DNA of 27,673 bases, taken from the IMG/VR virus record IMGVR_UViG_3300042924_002342, positions 1-27,673 of that record; one strand, given 5' to 3'. The DNA is from a virus. Lineage: Duplodnaviria > Caudoviricetes. Shown here in pieces: positions 8,533 to 17,674 of the stretch. The first letter of the stretch is position 1. Each line of letters begins with the position of its first letter. The notes under the pieces were generated by a model. The model was not told where the DNA came from and ran no database searches. It was given only the letters and a program-made list of their open reading frames with translations. The position numbers and the translations under genes are program-made.

Positions 8533-9819
8533 CTATATATTATTTATATCTACAAGGGCTACATTACCACTAGAATCTTTTTGATAAACTTTTCTTCCTT
8601 CTCCAGAGTTAACAATTGTAATTCCTACTGGTAATTTTTCACCTTTTGGACCAAGGTCTTTTATTTGATTTACAGTAAGTATTTGAGTAGTTGTTCCTAA
8701 TTTAATATCCAACACATCTTTTAATACTTTAGCACTAGATCTACCTTCTTGTCCTCTATATACTTCAGTAGAAACAAAAGTTAATGCATCTTGAGTTGGC
8801 ATACTTTTAATATCTCTAGATCTTTTAGCTAAGTCTTCCTTAGCACCAAGTTCATAATCTATTTTACTTTTCATTAATTGTACTTGTTCTTTTGATCTCT
8901 TCGCTGCAATTTTATCTTGTATATCTAGAGTAGCAGCTGCTTGTTCAATTTTTTCTCTTCTACCCGGTCCTGCTGCTGCTTCCATCGCTGCGAAATCTCC
9001 TAATGCATCTACTATTCCTCTTGTGTCTCCTCTTGCAGGTCGTTTTAAAAATGCTGCACTTGCTCTTCCAAGCATATCACTTAAATCTCTTCTCATTGCT
9101 TGATCACCACCTAACATCTTAATATAATCTTCTACTGTGTATTCTATTGATTCTTCTCTTTCTCTATTAGATGTTCCTCCCGCTCCACCTGTTGTTCCTT
9201 CATTTGGAATATTTTCATTAACTGTTTTAACTTGAGATCCTTTATACCCTGTTATTTCACCTTTATTATTATAAACAGGTTTAACTTTATCCTTTTCTGT
9301 TATTCCGTATTGTTCTTCACTTCCTTGTGTATCTGATTCTGTTATTCTTCTTGTAGTTGATTGTTCAAGAAATTTTCTAAAGTCTTCTGGTTTATCTTTA
9401 CCTATAGGAATTAAATTTCCTTGTTTATCTCTTACAAGGTCTCCCTGTTCATCTGTTACATATCCAGCTTTTTCTGGTTTTAAAAATTCTAAATATTGAT
9501 CTGGAAATTGAGAACTAGGTGACAAAAATCCAAAACCAGAACCAATACTTTGTGTATTACTTGGTAAATAAAGTGATAATGGATTTACTTGTAAATTTGG
9601 ATCTAATTTTAATAAATCTGCTCCTGTAGTTGGTTTATTAATTCCAGCTAATACAGCCTCTAAACCTTTAGCTTGTTGTTTTTGACCAACTGTTCCTGGA
9701 TATGATTGTGCTAATCCAATTCTTCCACCATTAGCATAACCTAGTCCTGAGGTAATCCCCGTTCCGCGAGAATCTACACGTCCTCCTCTGAACATAGGTC
9801 TTCTTAAAATATTACTCAT
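8533..9819 (-). CDS. Putative internal virion protein
   Basis: N-terminal LRRPMFRGG...GTGITSGL and YANGGRIG motifs; position in the ejection-protein block. Confidence 0.6.
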   Translation of the reverse strand: MSNILRRPMFRGGRVDSRGTGITSGLGYANGGRIGLAQSYPGTVGQKQQAKGLEAVLAGINKPTTGADLLKLDPNLQVNPLSLYLPSNTQSIGSGFGFLSPSSQFPDQYLEFLKPEKAGYVTDEQGDLVRDKQGNLIPIGKDKPEDFRKFLEQSTTRRITESDTQGSEEQYGITEKDKVKPVYNNKGEITGYKGSQVKTVNENIPNEGTTGGAGGTSNREREESIEYTVEDYIKMLGGDQAMRRDLSDMLGRASAAFLKRPARGDTRGIVDALGDFAAMEAAAGPGRREKIEQAAATLDIQDKIAAKRSKEQVQLMKSKIDYELGAKEDLAKRSRDIKSMPTQDALTFVSTEVYRGQEGRSSAKVLKDVLDIKLGTTTQILTVNQIKDLGPKGEKLPVGITIVNSGEGRKVYQKDSSGNVALVDINNI

Positions 9820-10574
9820 TATTTTCCAAATAATCCTAATTTAGATCCAATGCTAGCTATACCTGTACCAATCCCTAGTGCAGTTGATAAAGGACTAACT
9901 GGAGCTTGTGGTTGTTGATATCCAACTGTTTGAGTTGGGAATGCACCTGGTTGAATTTGTGCAAGTTGTTGTCCAACTAAACCTAATCTAGTAAATGGTT
10001 CATAAGCAGTTTCTTTCGCTGCAATTTGTGACGCATCTAAAAGTGCTTGTTGTTGAGCTTGTCCTGCTTGACCAATTTGAGTTTGATAACTTCCTAAACC
10101 TTGAGCAGCTGTTAATTGTTGATTAGCTGCAGTTTGTGCATTTTGATATCCTGATTGTAATAACTGAGCTAATGACATTGCTCGCTTAGCAGCTGATCCT
10201 ACATCATATTCTGCAAGTTGAACTCCTTCTCTACCACCACCAAAAGCTCCTGATCTAATAGCTTGTTGTCCTATTCCTTGTCTTTGAATAGCTGCTTGTC
10301 TGTCATACTCTGATAAAGTTGTATCAATAACTTCTTGTTGGTAAGGAGACATATATTGTTTATATGCATCCGGTCCTAATAAACTTCCTAATCCACCGGC
10401 CGCGGTTCTCGCTTGTTGTTGCAATGCTGACTCAGCCGCGATTTGCGGAGCGTAAGCCGCTGTATCAACTTTTTGACCAATTAAAGGTTCTAACGTTTTT
10501 AAAAACGCGGTTAGCGATCCTTCTAATATTGGTGATGTTAATGTTTGTGTTACTGATGTTGGTTGTACTGCCAT
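9819..10574 (-). CDS. Putative internal virion / DNA-transfer protein (Gln/Ala-rich)
   Basis: YMSPYQQEVID, GAFGGGR.GV and a C-terminal amphipathic ALGIGTGIASIGSKLG; typical of podovirus pilot proteins. Confidence 0.7.
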   Translation of the reverse strand: MAVQPTSVTQTLTSPILEGSLTAFLKTLEPLIGQKVDTAAYAPQIAAESALQQQARTAAGGLGSLLGPDAYKQYMSPYQQEVIDTTLSEYDRQAAIQRQGIGQQAIRSGAFGGGREGVQLAEYDVGSAAKRAMSLAQLLQSGYQNAQTAANQQLTAAQGLGSYQTQIGQAGQAQQQALLDASQIAAKETAYEPFTRLGLVGQQLAQIQPGAFPTQTVGYQQPQAPVSPLSTALGIGTGIASIGSKLGLFGK

Positions 10575-11701
10575 TATGCTAAACTTCCTTCAAGTTGGTT
10601 CATTAATTGATACATTTTTTGTGCTCCTTTATTAACACTTCCTCCACCTGCTGCTCTAACTGCATCTGCAGTCATAACAAATTCATTTTTAGATAATCTT
10701 GCTGGAACATCATCTGCTTTTTCTTTTGATCCAACGGGAATAAATCCACCCATTCTATAATCCATTTCCATAGGAACTCCACCTATTTTTAATCCCATTA
10801 AACCACCATCTTTTTTCTTATTATATTCTCTATAAAGATCTGATTCTACTTCTTTAATTTTATCCATATCACCCATAGCTTTAGCTTCTTCTAATAACTG
10901 AAGTAATTGTTTATATCTATTACCTGAATAACCACCTGGGATTTCTACTAAACCTCTTCTTACATCCATAATACCACCATCCATAGCACCAACTCTACCA
11001 CCATTTCTTAAACCTAATTGTGCTAATGTAGAATTAATTTCATCCTCAGCAAATCCTGCTCTAGTCAAAGAACCAAGAATTGAATTTCTTCTACCTAAAT
11101 TAAAATCAGCTAGCTGTTGACCACTGAAATTTTGAAAATTCGCATATTCTCTTTCATAATCTTCTTTTGCTTTTTGAGCTGCTTCAACTGCTTTTGCACC
11201 ATATTCAACAGTGCTTGGATATGTTATAGCTTTAGCTGATTCAAGTAATCCCTGTGGATTTGCTAAACTATTTACAATACCTGAATTAGCAGCTTGAGTT
11301 GCTAGTTGACCTATTTGTTGAGTAAGAGTTTGTTGAGCAGCAGGCACTATATTAGAACCTATCTTAGCTGCTTCAATAGATCCTTTTATACCCTCTGTTG
11401 TTATAGGATTTAAATAGTCTCCCAATGAACCTAATCCAGATTGAATTATATTTGGAGCAGCTGCAAGAACTCCTGTTTTTAAAATATCTTTAAAACCGGC
11501 TTCTGAATCAGTCAATCCTCTAGTTGCACCTGAAATTAACATTTTTTGAAATATAGGATTTGACACTCCATATTTAGCAAGTAAACCACCAGCTCCTTGA
11601 AGACCTGGTATAAATAAAGCTGCGTAAGGTAATATTGGTTTTATTTCATTAGGTATTATTTTACTAATTGCTTTAGTAACTGATCTTATTGCTTTACCCA
11701 T
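10574..11701 (-). CDS. Putative internal virion protein with GG repeats and C-terminal ADDVPARLSKNEFV domain
   Basis: Amphipathic/hydrophobic N-terminus, several xxGG motifs and the conserved tail GGFIP...KADDVPARLSKNEFVMTADAVR..G.G....GA..MY. Confidence 0.7.
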   Translation of the reverse strand: MGKAIRSVTKAISKIIPNEIKPILPYAALFIPGLQGAGGLLAKYGVSNPIFQKMLISGATRGLTDSEAGFKDILKTGVLAAAPNIIQSGLGSLGDYLNPITTEGIKGSIEAAKIGSNIVPAAQQTLTQQIGQLATQAANSGIVNSLANPQGLLESAKAITYPSTVEYGAKAVEAAQKAKEDYEREYANFQNFSGQQLADFNLGRRNSILGSLTRAGFAEDEINSTLAQLGLRNGGRVGAMDGGIMDVRRGLVEIPGGYSGNRYKQLLQLLEEAKAMGDMDKIKEVESDLYREYNKKKDGGLMGLKIGGVPMEMDYRMGGFIPVGSKEKADDVPARLSKNEFVMTADAVRAAGGGSVNKGAQKMYQLMNQLEGSLA

Positions 11702-12137
11702 TTAACCAACTCTCTTTCGTGAATCTTGTTTGTGTTCTTATAATTTTATTATCAACAACTCTTAACCAATTGATTGGTTTGTTGATTCCTAATGTTTTTG
11801 TAAAATATTGTTTAGTCCAACTCATAATTTTATTTAGATTTTTAACACAAATGGTGTCAATATGCCACAGATGATTACCACTATTCCAGTCTTGATCTTC
11901 AAGAATACCTGTGTTTTTAAAGTCTTTTTCAACGTCTTTGTTTAAAAAAGCCCAGTTAGTAAAACCTATCACTGTATCTCCATCTTTGTGTATTTTATAT
12001 TGCTCCAATTTAAAAGAAGGAAGTATGTGATAGTATATATCTTCTCTAGTGTACTTATTATACTTATCAAACTTCTTATAGAGAGATATGATAGTTTGCA
12101 TATCTTCTAAAGTTTTCTTATTAAAAATGAAGTTCAT
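11694..12137 (-). CDS. HlyC/TAAT-like (RTX toxin-activating lysine acyltransferase family) protein
   Basis: ILPSFKLEQY...IGFTNWAFL...E...DWNSGNHLWHID parallels the HlyC pattern LPAI..NQY...AYCSWA.L...E...DW.SGDR.WFID. Alternative start at 12101. Confidence 0.72.
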   Translation of the reverse strand: MNFIFNKKTLEDMQTIISLYKKFDKYNKYTREDIYYHILPSFKLEQYKIHKDGDTVIGFTNWAFLNKDVEKDFKNTGILEDQDWNSGNHLWHIDTICVKNLNKIMSWTKQYFTKTLGINKPINWLRVVDNKIIRTQTRFTKESWLNG

Positions 12138-12175
12138 CGCAAGTTGGCCATTCTTGAATTAAGCCTGAACCCAGT

Positions 12176-12204
12176 AATTTACTAGGTTTTTTACTCCTAG
12201 TCAA
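12176..12204 (-). promoter_or_regulatory. Sigma70-like internal promoter for the acyltransferase/ejection-protein block
   Basis: TTGACT (12204-12199)-N17-TAAATT (12181-12176). The spacer carries the inverted repeat ACTAGG...CCTAGT. Confidence 0.6.
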
Positions 12205-12208
12205 TATA

Positions 12209-12457
12209 TTAACCTAAATTAACGCTTGCTCCTAATGGCAAACTTATGACTTTTACATGCACACTTCTAGAAATATGCTCTGCTTTAGTGCTTGTATTTG
12301 GGTTTTGAACATCAGATAACGCTTCTGAATCCGATGTATATTCTTGACCAGTTTCTAAATTTTTAAGAGTTATTTCTACTCTTGGTTTATAGACAGCTAC
12401 TTGTTTCCCATCTATAATTTCAGTTTTTATTGATTCTTCTTGTTCTACAAACGGCAT
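12209..12457 (-). CDS. Small conserved virion-region protein
   Basis: 82 aa, TAATG-coupled to the upstream gene; motif TGQEY.SD.EA..DV..P.T.T. Confidence 0.75.
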   Translation of the reverse strand: MPFVEQEESIKTEIIDGKQVAVYKPRVEITLKNLETGQEYTSDSEALSDVQNPNTSTKAEHISRSVHVKVISLPLGASVNLG

Positions 12458-12789
12458 TATCTATCCTCTCTGTTCATTTCTAAAATTGATACTATAGCAC
12501 TTATACCAGTTATTGTAGAAGATGCAATCTTTAGAATATCTCCTTCTTCTAATACTATAGGTCCTGAAGCTAAATTACATATTGTAGGTCCTGTAATAGA
12601 AGCATAAGCTATTTGATAATCCGTTGATGCTGATGAATCAGTTACTGATACTATAACTATCTTTGATCCCGATTCATTTGTTAATTGAATATTTTGTACA
12701 ATAGATCTTGAATTAGAAGGAACAGTATATACAGATACTGCTGCAGTTGAAGCCGGATCGTAAAATGAATTTTTATATATATTTGCCAT
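12457..12789 (-). CDS. Small beta-rich tail protein (hub-type paralog 3)
   Basis: VYTVP....SIV..I.LTN and PIVLEEGDILKI...VSILE; same pattern as the 20474 and 24015 proteins. Confidence 0.7.
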   Translation of the reverse strand: MANIYKNSFYDPASTAAVSVYTVPSNSRSIVQNIQLTNESGSKIVIVSVTDSSASTDYQIAYASITGPTICNLASGPIVLEEGDILKIASSTITGISAIVSILEMNREDR

Positions 12790-14018
12790 TATGTTAAATC
12801 AAACCATTTTAATAAACCAGATACATCTCCATTAGCTGTTCCTGGTCTTACGCCTAATGTTAAAGTATCTGACACACCTGCAATAGTTTGTCCAAGTTGA
12901 TTTGCGAATGCTATAAAATCTCCACCTAAAGTAAATGGTGCAGTCTTACCTCCTAAATATCCTCCAGCAACTCTTGTACCTGTTGAAGTTAAATCAACTG
13001 TTGTTAAATCATATTCTACATTATCACTAAAACTTGAATATGAAAAGGCAGAGGATGGTGTTGCATTAATAAATAATCCCCATTCAAAATCTCCATTAGA
13101 TATGTTTAAAACATCTACTCCAGCTGGAACTATAACTGCATAAGGCCTTCCTGTTTTAATTCTAATTGTTGCAATATTATAATAAGTATTTGCTGTAGTT
13201 AAATTCACTCCAGCACTAACAGTTCCTGTTCCAATCATTTGTTCTAATCCTTGTGGAGAATATCCACCTTCAGAAATACAAGAAGAACATATTTGTTGTA
13301 ATGTATAAGTTCCAGCCGTCAATGTTCCAGCTCTTTCAATCTCATAACGAATTGGAAGATTGGCTGTTTGCATATAAACAGTCGTTAAACTATTAGCATT
13401 ATAAAAAGTATGTGCTGTAATTAATTGACCATTAATAACAAATCCAACTCTAACAGATCCTACACCTAACCATTCAATATCTATAAATAGTATATTTGAT
13501 GTAGCTGCATTTAAGGTAAATCCACTTGCTCCCGTTCCATTTAAAGTATCTCCGTTCCAACTAGATTGTGATATTTCAGTATCAACTGGAGCACCTGATG
13601 TATAAGTTCTTCTTACTATTTTAAGTGTTGTTCCATCTGCTGTAAAAAATATTCCGTTATTTGCATCAAATAAACCTACCTTTTGTTTTAAGTTTGCAGT
13701 CAAAGTATTCATTACAAATGTATTAAAAATAAGTAATGACTTACCAGGTTGATAAGACATGACTCTATTAGACTGTCTTACTGTTTTAGAACTTGCTGCT
13801 TCTGTTACATTTAAATTAACTGTAGATTTATTAGCTGTATAAGTAACACTTCCACCACTTGCAGTAGTTGCATTAAATAAACTATTCTGTGACATGATAC
13901 TCTTACTATCAAAGATAGTTAGAGGATTAGAAACTCTTAATCTTCCGAATGCATCAACATTATTACCACCGATTGTAATTAACTGACCATTACCAATATT
14001 TACATTATCACAAGACAT
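12789..14018 (-). CDS. Beta-rich putative virion protein (DAFGRLRVSNP family), 409 aa
   Basis: ORF track 12789..14024. ATG 14018 overlaps the upstream stop. Motifs DAFGRLRVS.P.T.FD, YQPGKS, IDIEWLGVG.VR.GF and TANLPIRYEI. Confidence 0.7.
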   Translation of the reverse strand: MSCDNVNIGNGQLITIGGNNVDAFGRLRVSNPLTIFDSKSIMSQNSLFNATTASGGSVTYTANKSTVNLNVTEAASSKTVRQSNRVMSYQPGKSLLIFNTFVMNTLTANLKQKVGLFDANNGIFFTADGTTLKIVRRTYTSGAPVDTEISQSSWNGDTLNGTGASGFTLNAATSNILFIDIEWLGVGSVRVGFVINGQLITAHTFYNANSLTTVYMQTANLPIRYEIERAGTLTAGTYTLQQICSSCISEGGYSPQGLEQMIGTGTVSAGVNLTTANTYYNIATIRIKTGRPYAVIVPAGVDVLNISNGDFEWGLFINATPSSAFSYSSFSDNVEYDLTTVDLTSTGTRVAGGYLGGKTAPFTLGGDFIAFANQLGQTIAGVSDTLTLGVRPGTANGDVSGLLKWFDLT

Positions 14019-14197
14019 TAACACTTACCTCCACTTGACATAAACCAACTAAATCTTTCTGTATCTTCTTTTAAATCTTTTAAATAAGTAGAATTTAATT
14101 GTTCCACAATAATACGAAGAGCTCTATTAATTTGTCTCTGATTATCTACTTCATATTCTGATTTTGGTTCTGGAACCCTTACATTAATCTTAGCCAT
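14018..14197 (-). CDS. Small tail-associated protein (59 aa, MAKINVRVPEPKSEYEVDNQRQINRALRIIVEQLNSTYLKDLKEDTERFSWFMSSGGKC)
   Basis: TAATG-coupled at both ends and exactly fills the gap after the nozzle-like gene. Not in the ORF track. Confidence 0.8.
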   Translation of the reverse strand: MAKINVRVPEPKSEYEVDNQRQINRALRIIVEQLNSTYLKDLKEDTERFSWFMSSGGKC

Positions 14198-16398
14198 TAT
14201 CTTCTACCATCTGGTTGTATATCAACTTGGAATGTTCCAAATCTCCAATTTTCTCCTGAATTAACATTCTCTATTCTAACATTTGCATATCTTCCTCTTG
14301 CTCTAGTACTTACAAATTCTGTAGAAGAAGTAATTGTAAATGGACTATAAGTAGAACTAGTAGCAGTTTCAGAAGGCCAATCTGTTACAGAAATAGAAAT
14401 TTGATTACTTCCTGTTAATACTTTAAAGTTAGGTAAGAATCTTCTCATAGATAAAAAAGTTTCACTTTGATCTTTTTGTAAAGAAAAATCAAATGATTGA
14501 ATAAATGAAGTTAATGTTGTTATAGAACCATCAGGATTAATTTGATCGGTTCCAGTTTCTTGTTCAAATAAAACAGTTTGTCCTAATCCTGTTTCACCAA
14601 TTATAGTTGGAAACGTTCCTGTTTCAGTACTGTTATGTTTTGTTGCATAAGGTCTAGGATATATTAATGCATCAATCCAACTAGTTCTTGTAGAAGTAGA
14701 ACTTGTATTAGTATACCAAGTACCAAGAGCAAGTTGTCTATTTGCATCTGTGTAATTATAAACTACGGATCTATTAACAAACGAAGATCCTTGTGTTGGA
14801 TACCACCAAGTAACTTCTGTATATAAATTATTTAATCCAGCACTAATTTGTTGTCCTTTAGTAGTATCAATATCATTGAATACATAGTCAATAACAGAAC
14901 ATGGTAATGTTTTAACAGTTCCATCAAATGCAAAGAATCCACTATTGCTCATCCAATAAGCTATACCATCAATTTCTATAGCAGCGTTTTTACCAATTAA
15001 TCCGCAATTTGTTCCTACTTGTTCAAATCCAAATGTAAAAGGAGCTCCTACAAATTTCATTGTATATAAAGCATTGTCTGTCCAAACTAAGATAGTTTCT
15101 TTCGCGTTCACCGCTCCGATAATCTTTGTACCATCTTGAAGTCTAAATGAACCTGCTGTGTTAGTTGCGGTAATATCATATTCGTTAATACCTTCCACAG
15201 TTGAAAAACGAATAAACATATTATCCTGTGTATCTTCATCATTAAGAGTTGTACAAGTTCCAAAGTGAATTAAGTGTCTAGTTGTTGGTGAAATTAAAGT
15301 TAATCTAGATGCAACTGGGTTATTTGTTGTTTCAAATCCAGCAGTTGTTTGCGAAGCGCGGGTTGTTAATCTTGCTGCAATACTAGAATCCCAAGTAAAA
15401 GTTTTACCATTTGCAATAGTTGCAACTAATACATCTCCATAGTTATCTAAAGACCAAAGTGCTGGTTCTAATGTAGTAGAAGAAGCTAATACTGCTGTTC
15501 CCCATCCTGTATAACTAGTTGCGTTGGTAACTGTTATTCCATTTGCATGAACTACATCTGCTGTTCCAAATTGACCTCTACTAATACCTGAAATAGTATT
15601 TGTTCCAGTATTATTAGTTGTATAAGTCATTAATTCATTTTCAATAAGTAAAGTTCCAGATGCTGGAAATGCAGATGTGCTTGTAAGTATAACTGAAGTT
15701 GCTCCAGCTGCAAAAGTTCCACCATTATTAATAGTTGTAACTGATGCTCCAGAAACTGTTCCTCCAAATTGACCTACACCAAATCCATATCCATAAGTTT
15801 GTAATGCTGGGCCCACAGATGCGTAAGGTTTAACAATCATACTTCCACCTGTTGCAACCACTGCTGTTGCTTGATTTAATGAATTAATAGTAAATGTTGT
15901 TGGAGTTGGAACCGATAATACTTGAAATAGTTTATCTTCAAAATCAGAAGCACTTAAACCAGTACCTGCTGGTAAAGTAACAGCATCTAGAACAATCATA
16001 TCTCCAGCAATTAAACCGTGATTACTTGTAGTCGTAATAGTACAAGTTTTATTAGAAGTGCTATTTGTTGCTAAAGTAGATCCTGCAAAAGTAACAATAA
16101 CCCCTGCCGAATCTGTTCTAAATGGAGTTATATCAAAAAGTTGTCCTTCAAAATATATAAGTAAAAATTTATCAGTTCCTAAAGCAACATATCTATTGCC
16201 TGATTGATCTACAAAAGGAAGCATCTTTCTACAAACACCAACAATAGTTTCATTTAATAAAGATGCCCAGCCACCTACTTTTTCAGGAAGCCCATATCTA
16301 AATCTTGTATTATCTGAATCTACCCAACGACCAAATGCACCCACACTTGTGTCTTGTTTATCAATTCCTGGAGCGAATTTAATTTCTGAAAGAGCCAT
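14197..16398 (-). CDS. Tail nozzle / stabilisation protein (P22 gp10 / T7 gp12-like beta-propeller) with inserted domains
   Basis: 733 aa with WVD.DN.RFRYG.PEK.GGW, FIRFS, TNTAGSFRL, GTNCGLIG, EVTWWYP and TRARGR...WRFG....DGRR. Position between the fibres and the core proteins. Confidence 0.75.
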   Translation of the reverse strand: MALSEIKFAPGIDKQDTSVGAFGRWVDSDNTRFRYGLPEKVGGWASLLNETIVGVCRKMLPFVDQSGNRYVALGTDKFLLIYFEGQLFDITPFRTDSAGVIVTFAGSTLATNSTSNKTCTITTTSNHGLIAGDMIVLDAVTLPAGTGLSASDFEDKLFQVLSVPTPTTFTINSLNQATAVVATGGSMIVKPYASVGPALQTYGYGFGVGQFGGTVSGASVTTINNGGTFAAGATSVILTSTSAFPASGTLLIENELMTYTTNNTGTNTISGISRGQFGTADVVHANGITVTNATSYTGWGTAVLASSTTLEPALWSLDNYGDVLVATIANGKTFTWDSSIAARLTTRASQTTAGFETTNNPVASRLTLISPTTRHLIHFGTCTTLNDEDTQDNMFIRFSTVEGINEYDITATNTAGSFRLQDGTKIIGAVNAKETILVWTDNALYTMKFVGAPFTFGFEQVGTNCGLIGKNAAIEIDGIAYWMSNSGFFAFDGTVKTLPCSVIDYVFNDIDTTKGQQISAGLNNLYTEVTWWYPTQGSSFVNRSVVYNYTDANRQLALGTWYTNTSSTSTRTSWIDALIYPRPYATKHNSTETGTFPTIIGETGLGQTVLFEQETGTDQINPDGSITTLTSFIQSFDFSLQKDQSETFLSMRRFLPNFKVLTGSNQISISVTDWPSETATSSTYSPFTITSSTEFVSTRARGRYANVRIENVNSGENWRFGTFQVDIQPDGRR

Positions 16399-16408
16399 GG
16401 ATTAGCTC

Positions 16409-17155
16409 CTATGCTGTATTAGTTTTATAAGTCCAACCTTGAGTAGCATTTACATAAACTAATGTAATGGATTGTCTGTTTGTATTTAAAGTTAAAGCAG
16501 ATGCTGCACCTAAAATATTACTAGAATTATTACCTACTACACAATTGTTTGAAGCAAAGAAATTAAAGCCATCAATAATAACTACTTCATCTCCTACACT
16601 AGGACTAGCAGGTAAAGTTACTGTAACTGGATTTGTTCTTGTATCTACAATTAATTGATCTCCGGCAACTGCTAAATAAGGTGAGTTGCTAGAACTAATA
16701 GAGTTATATCCTTTTTGCATTATACCAATAGAAGTTAAAGTATTTGCTCCATCAGATACTAATAACAAAGTAGAATTCACTGGAACTTTAGTTGCTGTAG
16801 CTTGTCCTGTAGTTAATACACCAATTGTATAATTAGAAGTTGTTCTAGTTGTTGCATCTTGTATAATAAATACTCTATTTGCATTACCACCTGTTGTTGA
16901 TGCTGGCATTGTAACTGTACAGTTACCAGTTAAAGTTCCTGTAAGTTTAATATATAATTTTTTACCATTAGCAGTATCTGATCCATCCGCTAAACTTAAA
17001 TTAGTATTACCTGTTGTAAGTGTTAGAGTTGTATATCCTGATGATGATGCTTGTAAAATTTGTAAGTTAGTATTTGTAATTGTTCCCCATAGACCAGCTT
17101 TTTCTCCGGTTGCTACAAGTTCTAATGATAGGTCTGTAGAATATGTTGATGCCAT
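16409..17155 (-). CDS. Tail fibre/collar-type structural protein
   Basis: N-terminal STYS..L.L.ATGE.AG.WG..TN.NL anchor. C-terminal TVTLPASPSVGD...LVYV.ATQGW fibre domain. Confidence 0.7.
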   Translation of the reverse strand: MASTYSTDLSLELVATGEKAGLWGTITNTNLQILQASSSGYTTLTLTTGNTNLSLADGSDTANGKKLYIKLTGTLTGNCTVTMPASTTGGNANRVFIIQDATTRTTSNYTIGVLTTGQATATKVPVNSTLLLVSDGANTLTSIGIMQKGYNSISSSNSPYLAVAGDQLIVDTRTNPVTVTLPASPSVGDEVVIIDGFNFFASNNCVVGNNSSNILGAASALTLNTNRQSITLVYVNATQGWTYKTNTA

Positions 17156-17158
17156 AAT

Positions 17159-17617
17159 TTAATAAGGTACTATTGGTGTCCATACCATATTTGCTCCTGG
17201 TATGATTTCGTTCCACACAATAACGTTTGTTGTTCCTCCGTTGTTACTGTCTAATGTTAATGGACTTCCATTAACTGATACATTTGATGTTCCGGATATT
17301 GTAACTGTTCCGCTGGTAATAGTCAATTGATTTCCAGTAACTGTAACACCAGCAGTTGCTGAAACAGTAACAGAACCAGTAGCCATTATTAACGGCGATC
17401 CGGTTACATCTGTTTGACCAGTACCTGAAATAGTAATAGTTCCGATACCTAAGAATAGCGGATCGGCGCCAGATGTTTGTACAATAGAAGTAGCTGATAT
17501 ACCAACAGGTCCTATTGTTAGTATTAAGTTATTACCAGATACGGCAATACTTACACTGTTATCATCACCGACAGTGGAAAAGGGAAATCTTGCAAATGTA
17601 TCAAATCCTAAAAGCAT
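17159..17617 (-). CDS. Thr/Gly/Val-rich virion structural protein
   Basis: LGF.TFA..PFS N-terminus, beta-repeats of V.VTG..L and a W..I...W C-terminus. Confidence 0.7.
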   Translation of the reverse strand: MLLGFDTFARFPFSTVGDDNSVSIAVSGNNLILTIGPVGISATSIVQTSGADPLFLGIGTITISGTGQTDVTGSPLIMATGSVTVSATAGVTVTGNQLTITSGTVTISGTSNVSVNGSPLTLDSNNGGTTNVIVWNEIIPGANMVWTPIVPY

Positions 17618-17674
17618 AAATTATAATGGAGAAAGATGGTATGTAGAGGTCTCTCTTCACCATAAATTATAGCA
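17615..17674 (-). promoter_or_regulatory. Extended -10 promoter plus hairpin leader flanked by an 11-bp direct repeat
   Basis: TGCTATAAT at 17674-17666. TATAATTTATG occurs at 17671-17661 and 17625-17615. Hairpin GAAGAGAGA/TCTTTCTCC with loop CCTCTACATACCA. Confidence 0.45.

Noticed and set aside
10364-11874. + strand ORFs 10364..10582 and 11689..11874
   Set aside because: They lie opposite well-supported - strand genes and have no start signals or motifs.
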